A stretch of DNA of 62,602 bases from a virus: positions 1 through 62,602 of IMG/VR virus record IMGVR_UViG_3300046460_000197, one strand, 5' to 3'. The notes beneath the pieces were generated by a model. The model searched no databases and was not told where the DNA came from. It saw only the letters and a program-made list of their open reading frames with translations. This document shows positions 43,695 through 50,835 of the stretch, piece after piece. Both the position numbers and the translations under genes were made by a program. The stretch's first letter is position 1, and each line of letters opens with the position of its first letter.

Positions 43695-44075
43695 ATGAAG
43701 ATCCTCGGCAGAGAGCCCGTCTACCTGCTCGGCTTCATCGCCGCGTTCCTCCAAGCGCTGTCTGCATTCGGCGTCGACATCTCCGACGGCACCCAGACCG
43801 CGATCAACGCCGTCTCCGCTGCGGCCGTCGGCATCATCACCGCGATCGTCCTCAAGTCCGGCGCCCTCGCCGCCGCCATCGTGCAGTTCGCCCAGGCCGC
43901 CATGGCGCTGTGCGTCGGCCTCGGTCTCGACTGGTCCGCTGGCGACCAGTCCAAGGTGATGGCCGCGATCGGCGCGCTCGTCACCCTGTGGCTGCGCCAG
44001 CAGGTCACCGCCCCGGTGCCCGCCGTCGCGCTCGAGCAGTCCAGTCCGGTCAAGTCCGGGCCGACGGCGGTCTGA
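43695..44075 (+). CDS. Holin-like membrane protein
   Basis: 126 aa with 3-4 TM helices, directly after the endolysin gene. Confidence 0.6.
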   Translation: MKILGREPVYLLGFIAAFLQALSAFGVDISDGTQTAINAVSAAAVGIITAIVLKSGALAAAIVQFAQAAMALCVGLGLDWSAGDQSKVMAAIGALVTLWLRQQVTAPVPAVALEQSSPVKSGPTAV

Positions 44076-44519
44076 GTGCCCTGCCGGGCGGCCCGGCGGC
44101 TACAGCAGCACCTCGGCCGCCGCGGCATCTTCCTGCTGATCCTCGGCATCGGTAAAACCAGCTGGGGCATCAGCTTCCTCGTCGACCCGCCGGACGACCA
44201 CGGTCTCGCCCTGCTCACGTCGCTCTGCTCACTGCGGCACTGGGCCTGGCTGTGGATCGCCTGCGGCCTCATCACCGGCGTATCCGCATTCCTGCGGATC
44301 GGCCGCGACTGGGCCGGCTTCCTCGCCGCCCTCATTCCCCCCTCAGTGTGGGCACTCGCCTACGGCGCCGCCGTCATCAGCGGCACCTACTCCCGTGGCG
44401 CCTACGTCGCAATCTGGTACCTGACGAGTCACGTCGGGGTGATCATGTGGGCGAGCACGGTTCCCGAATACTCGGTTCCCCCAGTGCCGCGGCGCGCCCG
44501 GAGAGGCAAGGGCCCGTGA
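44076..44519 (+). CDS. Membrane protein (lysis cassette)
   Basis: 147 aa, GTG adjacent to the upstream stop. About 4 TM helices. Confidence 0.55.
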   Translation: MPCRAARRLQQHLGRRGIFLLILGIGKTSWGISFLVDPPDDHGLALLTSLCSLRHWAWLWIACGLITGVSAFLRIGRDWAGFLAALIPPSVWALAYGAAVISGTYSRGAYVAIWYLTSHVGVIMWASTVPEYSVPPVPRRARRGKGP

Positions 44520-44878
44520 GCGTAGCGGAGTTGATCGCGCTGGTCGGGGCTGCCGGTACGGTCCTGGGTGGTGGAGGGTTCTTCGTGGCCCGCGCCACGG
44601 TACGGGCGGCGCAGGCCACCGCGCGGGCTAACGAAGCCGCGGCACAGGCTGCTGCGGCTCCTCAGCAGCGGGCGGCGGACCTCGCCGTGTTGAAGGAGAC
44701 TGTGGCCCGGGTGGACGGGGAGAACAAGGAGCTGCGTCAGTGGCAGCGGCGCACGGAGGCTCTGCTGCGGGCATTCTCGTGGTCGAGTGACCGCTGGCGC
44801 CGGCAGATGGAGCGGGCGGGTATCGACCCCGAGCCGCCGCATCCTCTGGTGGACGAGTACAACCGAACTGGAGTGTGA
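44516..44878 (+). CDS. N-terminally anchored coiled-coil protein (lysis cassette)
   Basis: 120 aa. TM helix VAELIALVGAAGTVLGGGGFFV, then a coiled coil. Confidence 0.55.
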   Translation: MSVAELIALVGAAGTVLGGGGFFVARATVRAAQATARANEAAAQAAAAPQQRAADLAVLKETVARVDGENKELRQWQRRTEALLRAFSWSSDRWRRQMERAGIDPEPPHPLVDEYNRTGV

Positions 44879-44879
44879 C

Positions 44880-45020
44880 GTGGACGAACCGATCACCGCG
44901 CTTCCGCCGCAGCGGCCCGCGGTACGGCGGATCGACGAGTCCGCCGCCGACATGGGCACCCTCGTCGACATGGGCGTCGTTCCCGAACAGCCCGAGCCGC
45001 CCGCCGTCGAGGAGGGCTGA
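44880..45020 (+). CDS. Possible small acidic protein (46 aa)
   Basis: GTG 1 nt after the upstream stop; short. Confidence 0.35.
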   Translation: MDEPITALPPQRPAVRRIDESAADMGTLVDMGVVPEQPEPPAVEEG

Positions 45021-45112
45021 TGGCCGACGACGAAGACGACCCGCCGTTCTGGCTGTCGCCGCGCCCGTTCCGCGAACCCGACTGGCCGCCCGACGACGAC
45101 ACCGAGGCGTAG
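45020..45112 (+). CDS. Possible small acidic protein (30 aa)
   Basis: TGATG coupling. MADDEDDPPFWLSPRPFREPDWPPDDDTEA. Confidence 0.3.
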   Translation: MADDEDDPPFWLSPRPFREPDWPPDDDTEA

Positions 45113-45270
45113 TCTGGACGCAATACCTCGCGCCTGGCGAGGGACCTGGGGGTCGCTCCCTCAGGTTGCCCGAACGGCAGCACCACCGACCGGACGAAGG
45201 CGTGCACACCCGAGACTGGTCGGCGCTGGCCCGCGAACCTTGCGGAATGGGCTCCCGCCGCAAACTTCGA

Positions 45271-45310
45271 CGCCCCCGCTTCTCTGCCAACCGGCAGGGG
45301 AGCGGGGGCG
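45271..45310. terminator. Bidirectional terminator between the lysis operon and a reverse gene
   Basis: CGCCCCCGCT...AGCGGGGGCG with an inner stem CTGCC/GGCAG. Confidence 0.7.
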
Positions 45311-45321
45311 CTTCGTCGTTG

Positions 45322-45915
45322 TCAGAGCTCCCAGCCGGGGGCGGGTCGGCCGGGGACCTGGGGAAGCTGGGCGCAGTAGAGCCCGATGCTCGCGTGGTCG
45401 CAGGCGCCCGTCCGGCACTCAGCCGACCGCATCCGCTCGCAGCGGCCGGAGGCGTGCTGGCAGGTACCGTCCTTGCACTCGGGGCGAATGTACGGGAACT
45501 GTGCGGCCCACTCCGGCGACCAGGGGTCATCCTGTAGCGCGCGACCCCGGTCGGCGATGCCCTTGACCGTAGGGGCGGACAGTCCGATCTTGCGCGAGAG
45601 GATCGCGTTGCCGCCTCGTCCCATTGCGTCGACAGTGCGGGCGAAGACGAGCTGGCGTGCGGTCGTGGCTGCCTTGTATTGCGCCTCTGCCTCCATGTAC
45701 TCGGCGTGGGCCCGAACCGCCTGAGCTTCAGCCTTTGCGCCGGTGTCGTGAGTCTCAACGATCGCCCAGTAGGACTGACTGTCGAAGTCGTCGATGCTGT
45801 TCAGGTCTCCGTCGTGCGCCGCGATCAGGTCGTCGACGATGGCTTCGATGTCGAAGGACTCGGCGCTGTCACCGAGGGTGAGGCTGACTTGGTGGGCGAG
45901 GTCGCTGCGGTTCAC
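45322..45915 (-). CDS. Hypothetical DNA-binding-like protein with C-terminal Cys-rich domain (197 aa)
   Basis: Acidic N-terminus, an HTH-like ILSRKIGLSAPTVKGIADRG, and a C-terminal CKDGTCQHASGRCERMRSAECRTGACDH. Confidence 0.65.
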   Translation of the reverse strand: MNRSDLAHQVSLTLGDSAESFDIEAIVDDLIAAHDGDLNSIDDFDSQSYWAIVETHDTGAKAEAQAVRAHAEYMEAEAQYKAATTARQLVFARTVDAMGRGGNAILSRKIGLSAPTVKGIADRGRALQDDPWSPEWAAQFPYIRPECKDGTCQHASGRCERMRSAECRTGACDHASIGLYCAQLPQVPGRPAPGWEL

Positions 45916-45961
45916 GGGATCCCCCTGGGTTAGTGGGAGGGGTTCTGCTTCCCTCCCGACA

Positions 45962-46011
45962 CCTCTAAGATTAGGGGGTACCTAAGAAGAAGGCAAGGGG
46001 GGTCCTAAGAA
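45962..46011. promoter_or_regulatory. Three CYTAAGA direct repeats in a divergent promoter region
   Basis: CCTCTAAGA (45962), GGGGGTACCTAAGAA (45974) and GGGGGGTCCTAAGAA (45997, abutting ATG 46012). Low-GC patch. Confidence 0.4.
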
Positions 46012-46551
46012 ATGGCGATTCGATCCCGTCGGCCAGCCGGTGCAGACGCCGACGGGCTTGTCTCCTGCCTCATCTGCGACCGGCGCTTCCGCTCGCTCGG
46101 CCCGCACCTCTACCGCGCCCACCAGATCAGCGCCGCCGACTACCGCGCCGAACACGGCCTCCCCGCCGGTGCCATCCTCATGGCCACCGCCACCCGGCAG
46201 GCACTCTCCGACGCCCGTCAGCAAGCCATGCAGGAAGACGCCGACCTGGTCGGCAGGATGCGCGCAGCTACCCCATCCTCGGAGGAGCTGGCGCGCCGCT
46301 CCGCAGAAGCCCGGGCCGGCACCGACGGCCTTGCACAGGTTCGGGCCGCACGCCGCCGCGGTGCGCAGACGACACAACCCTTCACGGTCCAGGCCCGACG
46401 CGACCTCATGGACGCAACCGCGCGCGCCGCTGGCTACACCTCCATGCGCGACGCCATCGAGGAGACCCGCGCCTTGCCCTCCCGTGAGGCTGCGACTCGG
46501 ATCGGGGTCGGAGCCTCGACCGTCAAGCGGTGGAGGCGGAAGTTGAAGTGA
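46012..46551 (+). CDS. MucR/Ros-like zinc-finger protein with C-terminal HTH
   Basis: 179 aa. CLICDRRFRSLGPHLYRAHQISAADYRAEHGLP fits the Ros/MucR C-x2-C...H-x4-H plus YR..GLP signature. C-terminal HTH EAATRIGVGASTVKRWRRK. Confidence 0.7.
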   Translation: MAIRSRRPAGADADGLVSCLICDRRFRSLGPHLYRAHQISAADYRAEHGLPAGAILMATATRQALSDARQQAMQEDADLVGRMRAATPSSEELARRSAEARAGTDGLAQVRAARRRGAQTTQPFTVQARRDLMDATARAAGYTSMRDAIEETRALPSREAATRIGVGASTVKRWRRKLK

Positions 46552-46656
46552 TGACCCGTGGGCGCGCGTGCTGCGGATGGCCCCCGATAACCCACACATA
46601 TCAAGGCCCTTGCGCGGTACGCTAGTTCGACACAAAACCCCGCAAAGGAGACTAGG

Positions 46657-47697
46657 TTGCCGAAGGAGCTTGTACCGGTAGAAACCGCTGAGATCGTCGT
46701 CGAGGTGCCTTCGGGCAGTCGTGATCGGCACGTCTCTGACGAGACCGCCGCGGACCTCAAGCGCGCCACCGCGGTCAACACCGACCGGGCCTACGCGCGA
46801 TGGTGGGACATGGCCCTCAACTGGTGCGCGAGCGAGGGGCGGACCCCCCTTCCCATGACGGCTGAGACAGTCGCCGAGTTCATCGGCCATCTCAAGCGGT
46901 CCGTCTCGCCCAAGACCGGCAAGCCCTACTCGCCGGCCAGCCTCGACCAGGCGCTCTCCGCCATCCGTACAGCCCACTTCCGCGCCGGGTTCGAAGGGCA
47001 GCCGCAGTCCCGCGCCGCCCGCGACATCATCAAGGTCCACCGCCAAGACCGAGCGCGCGCTGGGTGGCGCCCGCGCCGGGCCAAGCCCATCACTCTCGAC
47101 GTCCTGCGCCTCCTGCTTACCCAGTGCGACACCGAATCGCTCAGCGGACGACGGGATGCCACGATCCTGATCCTCGGCTACGGCCTCATGGGGCGCCGCT
47201 CCGAGCTGGCCGCCTGCACCATCGACCAGGTGACCGTCACTGACGAGTGGGTCACGGTCTTCATCCCCTTGTCGAAGACCGACACGAACGCCCAGGGTGA
47301 AGACGTCGACGTCCCCCGGGGCATCGCTCCGGACATCGACGCGGGCGCCATCGTCGGTTCCTATCTGGAAGCGCTCGCGGGGCGCGGCATCACAAGTGGC
47401 CATCTGCTTCGCCGCATCGACAAGTGGGGCAACGTCGGCGCCGGCATGACCGCCGCCACCATCAACGACATCGTGAAGAAGCTGGCCGCCGACGCCAACC
47501 TGACCGACGCGGAACGGACGACCGCTCACGGCCTGCGGGCAGGAGCGCCGACCGATGCAGCTGAGCGGGGCGTCCCCATCCCCTTCATCGCCGAGCATGG
47601 GCGTTGGAGCAAGAACTCCACGCAGGTGCTCACCTACGTCCGCCCCGCGGACCGGCGCCGCAACAACCCGCTCCTACCGCGCGACAGCCGGGCCTGA
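46657..47697 (+). CDS. Cre-like tyrosine recombinase
   Basis: 346 aa, TTG 46657 located 8 nt after AAAGGAG. Catalytic signature GRRSELA (R), HGLRAGAPTDAAERG (HxxR), GRWSKNSTQVLTYVR (W...Y), closely parallel to Cre HSARVGAARDMA...GGWTNVNIVMNYIR. Confidence 0.85.
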   Translation: MPKELVPVETAEIVVEVPSGSRDRHVSDETAADLKRATAVNTDRAYARWWDMALNWCASEGRTPLPMTAETVAEFIGHLKRSVSPKTGKPYSPASLDQALSAIRTAHFRAGFEGQPQSRAARDIIKVHRQDRARAGWRPRRAKPITLDVLRLLLTQCDTESLSGRRDATILILGYGLMGRRSELAACTIDQVTVTDEWVTVFIPLSKTDTNAQGEDVDVPRGIAPDIDAGAIVGSYLEALAGRGITSGHLLRRIDKWGNVGAGMTAATINDIVKKLAADANLTDAERTTAHGLRAGAPTDAAERGVPIPFIAEHGRWSKNSTQVLTYVRPADRRRNNPLLPRDSRA

Positions 47698-47708
47698 GAG
47701 CAACGAAT

Positions 47709-47736
47709 GCCCCCGCAGCCAGCTGGCTGCGGGGGC
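47709..47736. terminator. 28-bp perfect palindrome immediately after the recombinase stop
   Basis: GCCCCCGCAGCCAG|CTGGCTGCGGGGGC. Most simply a terminator; a recombination-site role is not excluded. Confidence 0.6.
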
Positions 47737-48002
47737 GTTGTGCTGCGCGGGCCTCAGCCCCACCACGTGTCGCTCATCGCGCCTCCCCGGGACGTAGGTG
47801 CGGCCACCATGCACCCCGAAGGGCCCACCCGAAGGTGTTGCGAACACGATGACCGCCCGGTCACGGTACGCGGAAGCCGTCCGTCCTGTCAGCCCACGCG
47901 ACAGACTCCGATGATTTCCGGCCGCGATCTATCCCCGTGGCCGATTCATGGTGCATCGTGTCCGCACGGGATCCGCTCCACCCCCGGGTGAATCCCTCCG
48001 CT

Positions 48003-48064
48003 GGGCCCTGCCGTTCGCTGCGAGCGGCAGGGCCCGCCGCGCCTCCCGGCTCCCCACGGGAGGC
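48003..48064 (+). terminator. Two tandem GC-rich hairpins in a roughly 450-bp non-coding stretch
   Basis: GGGCCCTGCCG...CGGCAGGGCCC (48003-48035) and GCCTCCC...GGGAGGC (48041-48064). Confidence 0.45.
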
Positions 48065-48190
48065 ATGCGGCGTGTCCGCTCCCTGTCAACCAGCGGGCGT
48101 TAGCCGGGCGTTAAGGCCTCCCCGACGGGCCATGGTGCACTGAATGCAGGCACCTCACCGGGGCCTCCATCTTCACCGCAAGGGAGAGCC

Positions 48191-48352
48191 ATGTCTGAGA
48201 TCGACCCTGAGCTGGCACTGATCCTCTCGCTCGGCGAGACTGCCCGTGCTGTCACTGACGGCACGCTCACTGGTGCTGCACGCGACGAGGTATTCGAGAT
48301 CCTGGGTAACGCGACAGATCGCTACTTGGCGGAGCACCCGCTCCCCGAGTAG
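48191..48352 (+). CDS. Possible small helical protein (53 aa)
   Basis: ATG 48191 after AAGGGAGAG. MSEIDPELALILSLGETARAVTDGTLTGAARDEVFEILGNATDRYLAEHPLPE. The antisense track ORF 48173..48355 looks less natural. Confidence 0.45.
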   Translation: MSEIDPELALILSLGETARAVTDGTLTGAARDEVFEILGNATDRYLAEHPLPE

Positions 48353-48419
48353 CAACGCTAAGGCGGCCCTGTATCCCGGGAGGGGTCAGGGTCGCTGCCG
48401 CTCCGAGTTGCCACACAAT

Positions 48420-48433
48420 TCGAACACGTGCTC
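48420..48433. promoter_or_regulatory. SOS-box-like site TCGAACACGTGCTC upstream of the LexA-like gene
   Basis: GAAC-N4-GCTC, one mismatch from the GAAC-N4-GTTC core. Lies 11 nt upstream of ATG 48444 and is 12/14 identical to the site at 50557. Confidence 0.4.
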
Positions 48434-48443
48434 TAGTCGAGGC

Positions 48444-48668
48444 ATGGCCAGGCACCGCGTAGACCACCTCACCGACACCCAGGAACGCATCCTCCGCTGC
48501 ATCCGGCAGACCATCGCCGACCGGGGAGAGGCGCCCACCGTCGCGGAGATCGGTGAGCAGGTAGGCATGCGGTCCCGCGCGTCCGTCCACTACCAGCTGA
48601 CGGAGCTTGAGCGGAAGCACGCGATCTCCCGGCAGCCCGGCCAGTGGCGCGGGATCCGACTCGCGTGA
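48444..48668 (+). CDS. LexA N-terminal DNA-binding-domain-only protein (no peptidase domain)
   Basis: 74 aa. LTDTQERILRCIRQTIADRGEAPTVAEIGEQVGMRSRASVHYQLTELERKHAISRQPGQWRGIRL parallels the LexA wHTH (LT..Q..v...I......G.pPt..EIa...G.rS......HL..L..KG.I......RGI.L). The ORF stops right after the domain. Confidence 0.7.
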   Translation: MARHRVDHLTDTQERILRCIRQTIADRGEAPTVAEIGEQVGMRSRASVHYQLTELERKHAISRQPGQWRGIRLA

Positions 48669-48877
48669 CCAACGACGGACGCTTCCATCTCACCCTCACC
48701 TCCGCCGGCGACCCGGTCCAGCACGGCTGGTGGGGGAGCGAGGCCACCGCCCGCCGGAAGTTCACGTCCTGGATCGGCGAGTGGGGCGAGCTGCCGGAGG
48801 CGCGGGTCGTGCTCGTCGACGAAGAGACGGGCGAGATGCTGGATAGCTGGCCCGGCGTTGTCAGCGGAGGCTCGTAG
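48665..48877 (+). CDS. Hypothetical protein (70 aa)
   Basis: GTGA overlap with the LexA-like gene. VTNDGRFHLTLTSAGDPVQHGWWGSEATARRKFTSWIGEWG... Confidence 0.55.
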   Translation: MTNDGRFHLTLTSAGDPVQHGWWGSEATARRKFTSWIGEWGELPEARVVLVDEETGEMLDSWPGVVSGGS

Positions 48878-48975
48878 CATGGGCTCATCAACTTCGACTA
48901 GCAAGTCGGGTTGTTGTAGGTGCTAGTGGCCCCGTCCGTACAGCGCCGGGCGGGGCCAGCTGCTCTGGAGGGCTC

Positions 48976-49149
48976 ATGTTCCGTCGCCTGATCCGACGCT
49001 TCCGCCGTGGCGGATCCATGCCGTCGTACCGGCCGGACCCCAACATGCACCTGGTCACGCTGTCGCCCGGGTGGGTAGAGCTGCCGCCGGGCTCGAAGGA
49101 TCGCTACCCGGCCGAGATCATCGCCCGGATCAACCAGTCGCACCGCTGA
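48976..49149 (+). CDS. Possible small basic protein (57 aa)
   Basis: ATG after GGAGGGCTC. MFRRLIRRFRRGGSMPSYRPDPNMHLVTLSPGWVELPPGSKDRYPAEIIARINQSHR. Confidence 0.35.
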   Translation: MFRRLIRRFRRGGSMPSYRPDPNMHLVTLSPGWVELPPGSKDRYPAEIIARINQSHR

Positions 49150-49169
49150 CTTCCGCATACCGGACGGCC

Positions 49170-49361
49170 TCACGCAGCCGTGGTCACGTCCCCCTGCTGG
49201 ACCTGCCGCAGCTCGGCGAGGAGCTCGTGATACTCCCGCTGCTGCTCCGGCGTCAGCCTCACCGCCGGATGCCCGCGCCCGTCCATCCACAGCGCGCGGA
49301 TCGCCGCGTTCAGCTCCGCAGCCGACCGCGCCGGGCCCGCAGGCGGGGGAGTGGGGGACAT
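49170..49361 (-). CDS. Hypothetical protein (63 aa)
   Basis: ATG 49361. ...AAELNAAIRALWMDGRGHPAVRLTPEQQREYHELLAELRQVQQG. Confidence 0.5.
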   Translation of the reverse strand: MSPTPPPAGPARSAAELNAAIRALWMDGRGHPAVRLTPEQQREYHELLAELRQVQQGDVTTAA

Positions 49362-49395
49362 GGCGATCAGTCTAGGACCGGGGTCTGACACCGGG

Positions 49396-49641
49396 CTATG
49401 AGCTCGGCGGCTGGGGCAGTTCCGTGACGAAGGTCCCGATGCCGACCTGCATCTCCGCCAGGCCCTCCTGTCGCAGCTCCGTTAACACCCTGCGCGCGGT
49501 CATCTGGCTGATCCCGAACTCGCCGCAGATCGACACGACCGAGGGCAGCTGCTGCGCCGGCGGATAGGTGCCGTCCAGGATGCGTTCCCGCAGGACGGCG
49601 TAGACCTGCTTCCACCTCGGCACATCTGGCTCCCACCTCAT
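49396..49641 (-). CDS. GntR-type winged-HTH-only regulator (81 aa)
   Basis: ATG 49641. KQVYAVLRERILDGTYPPAQQLPSVVSICGEFGISQMTARRVLTELRQEGL. No effector domain. Confidence 0.65.
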   Translation of the reverse strand: MRWEPDVPRWKQVYAVLRERILDGTYPPAQQLPSVVSICGEFGISQMTARRVLTELRQEGLAEMQVGIGTFVTELPQPPSS

Positions 49642-49805
49642 GATCCCGACGCTAGGCGGACCTACCTGGCTAGGCGATATGAGCGAACCTGTCGGGCGTA
49701 TCGCGCCTATCGCACCTGTCGCAGTGGGTAACCTGCAATTGCAAGGACCCCCGCGACCGCGCGAACGGCCCGGGGGCATGGCCGACGGACTACCGGAGCG
49801 TCGAC

Positions 49806-50048
49806 ATGGACGAGCGTAGAGACGCTGAGCTCCCACCCCAAGGCGCCTGGCCGCCATTAGCCGCGGCGAGCCGCCTCAGCCCCGTGCAGCAGGCATACGG
49901 CGCCTACACCGGGCACGCCATAGCGTGCGACGCCTGCCGCGACGTCGACCGCAGCTGCGCGGACGCCGAGGCCCTATGGAGGGCGTACCGGGCGGCCGGC
50001 GACGAGGCATACGACCGGCTGGCGGACGGATCAGCTCCAGCCCGATGA
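49806..50048 (+). CDS. Hypothetical protein (80 aa)
   Basis: Divergent from the GntR-wHTH gene. ...AIACDACRDVDRSCADAEALWRAYRAAGDEAYDRL. Confidence 0.45.
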   Translation: MDERRDAELPPQGAWPPLAAASRLSPVQQAYGAYTGHAIACDACRDVDRSCADAEALWRAYRAAGDEAYDRLADGSAPAR

Positions 50049-50169
50049 TCGGGTTACCAGAAGGAACGTTTGGCCAACGCTCCACCTGCGGTTACGGAAA
50101 CGTTCTCACTGCACACATCCGGTCAGATATATGCGGCTACGGCCTTGCGGTGATCGGGTCGGACGTGTT

Positions 50170-50185
50170 GTTGTCTGTCGACAAC
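50170..50185. terminator. Small hairpin between converging genes
   Basis: GTTGTC-tgtc-GACAAC. Confidence 0.35.
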
Positions 50186-50188
50186 GAT

Positions 50189-50431
50189 TCAGCCGTTGAG
50201 GAGGTCGGTGACGGGCACTCTCAGTGCGCCGGCGAGTAGGAGCAAGTCGGCGTAGCGAGGGTCTGTGACCGCGTTCTCGTAGCGCTGGATCGTCCGCCGC
50301 TCAACCCCCATACGGTCGGCTAATTGATCCTGGGACAGATCGGCGGCGCGCCGGAGGTCCCCGATACGGAGGCCGAGGGCGACTTGCTTTTTGCGGACCC
50401 AGTCGGGGCGCGGGTGTCGGCGGGCTGGCAC
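50189..50431 (-). CDS. XRE-family HTH regulator (80 aa; possible longer form from GTG 50572)
   Basis: LRIGDLRRAADLSQDQLADRMGVERRTIQRYENAVTDPRYADLLLLAGALRVPVTDLL. GC3 stays high up to about 50550, so the start is uncertain. Confidence 0.6.
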   Translation of the reverse strand: MPARRHPRPDWVRKKQVALGLRIGDLRRAADLSQDQLADRMGVERRTIQRYENAVTDPRYADLLLLAGALRVPVTDLLNG

Positions 50432-50556
50432 CCGGTAACGCTCCGGCCGAGACGATCTTGCGTCAGTACCAAAACTGTCGCTTCGGTCGTTGGACAACCA
50501 CTTGGCCCTGCGGATGGTCTGGCATATGCCGCAGGGCTCGATGTAGTGTCCACTAA

Positions 50557-50572
50557 TCGAACACCTGTTCAC
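50557..50572. promoter_or_regulatory. SOS box with a perfect GAAC-N4-GTTC core (TCGAACACCTGTTCAC)
   Basis: Matches the actinobacterial LexA consensus TCGAAC-N4-GTTCGA at 14/16. Sits just downstream of TAGTGT (-10-like) and upstream of AAGGAG. Confidence 0.55.
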
Positions 50573-50690
50573 TCGAAGGAGTGAATCAGGGCATCGACCT
50601 GCATCCATGCGGCAATACGGAAGGTCGAAGCATCCAAGACGTGCCGGTGGGCCATGAAGGGGCGCCCTCCATCGTGGTTACCGGCGCGAG

Positions 50691-50730
50691 CCCGCCCCCA
50701 GCCCGAGGCTGGGGGCGGGTGCTCGTTTTT
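50691..50730 (+). terminator. Canonical intrinsic terminator (13-bp GC stem plus T tract)
   Basis: CCCGCCCCCAGCC-cga-GGCTGGGGGCGGG followed by TGCTCGTTTTT. Confidence 0.7.
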
Positions 50731-50835
50731 GGGAGACGGAATGGGAGACGATCATGCAGGCGGTACCCGGAACAACACCCATGGAGCCCGGAGTAACGTC
50801 TACGAAAAGCCGCTGAACTCAAGGCTCTCCGGCCC

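Noticed and set aside
47709-47736. 28-bp perfect palindrome considered as a lox/dif-like site for the Cre-like recombinase
   Set aside because: It has no central spacer and lies immediately after a stop codon, so a transcription terminator is the simpler reading. The idea is kept only as a secondary note.
47707-47991. 94-aa ORF in the non-coding stretch after the recombinase
   Set aside because: It is Pro/Arg/Cys/Gly-rich, has no RBS and starts inside the terminator palindrome.
50581-50796. 71-aa ORF starting at GTG within the AAGGAG motif
   Set aside because: The start overlaps the Shine-Dalgarno sequence. The ORF reads through a strong intrinsic terminator and has junk-like composition.
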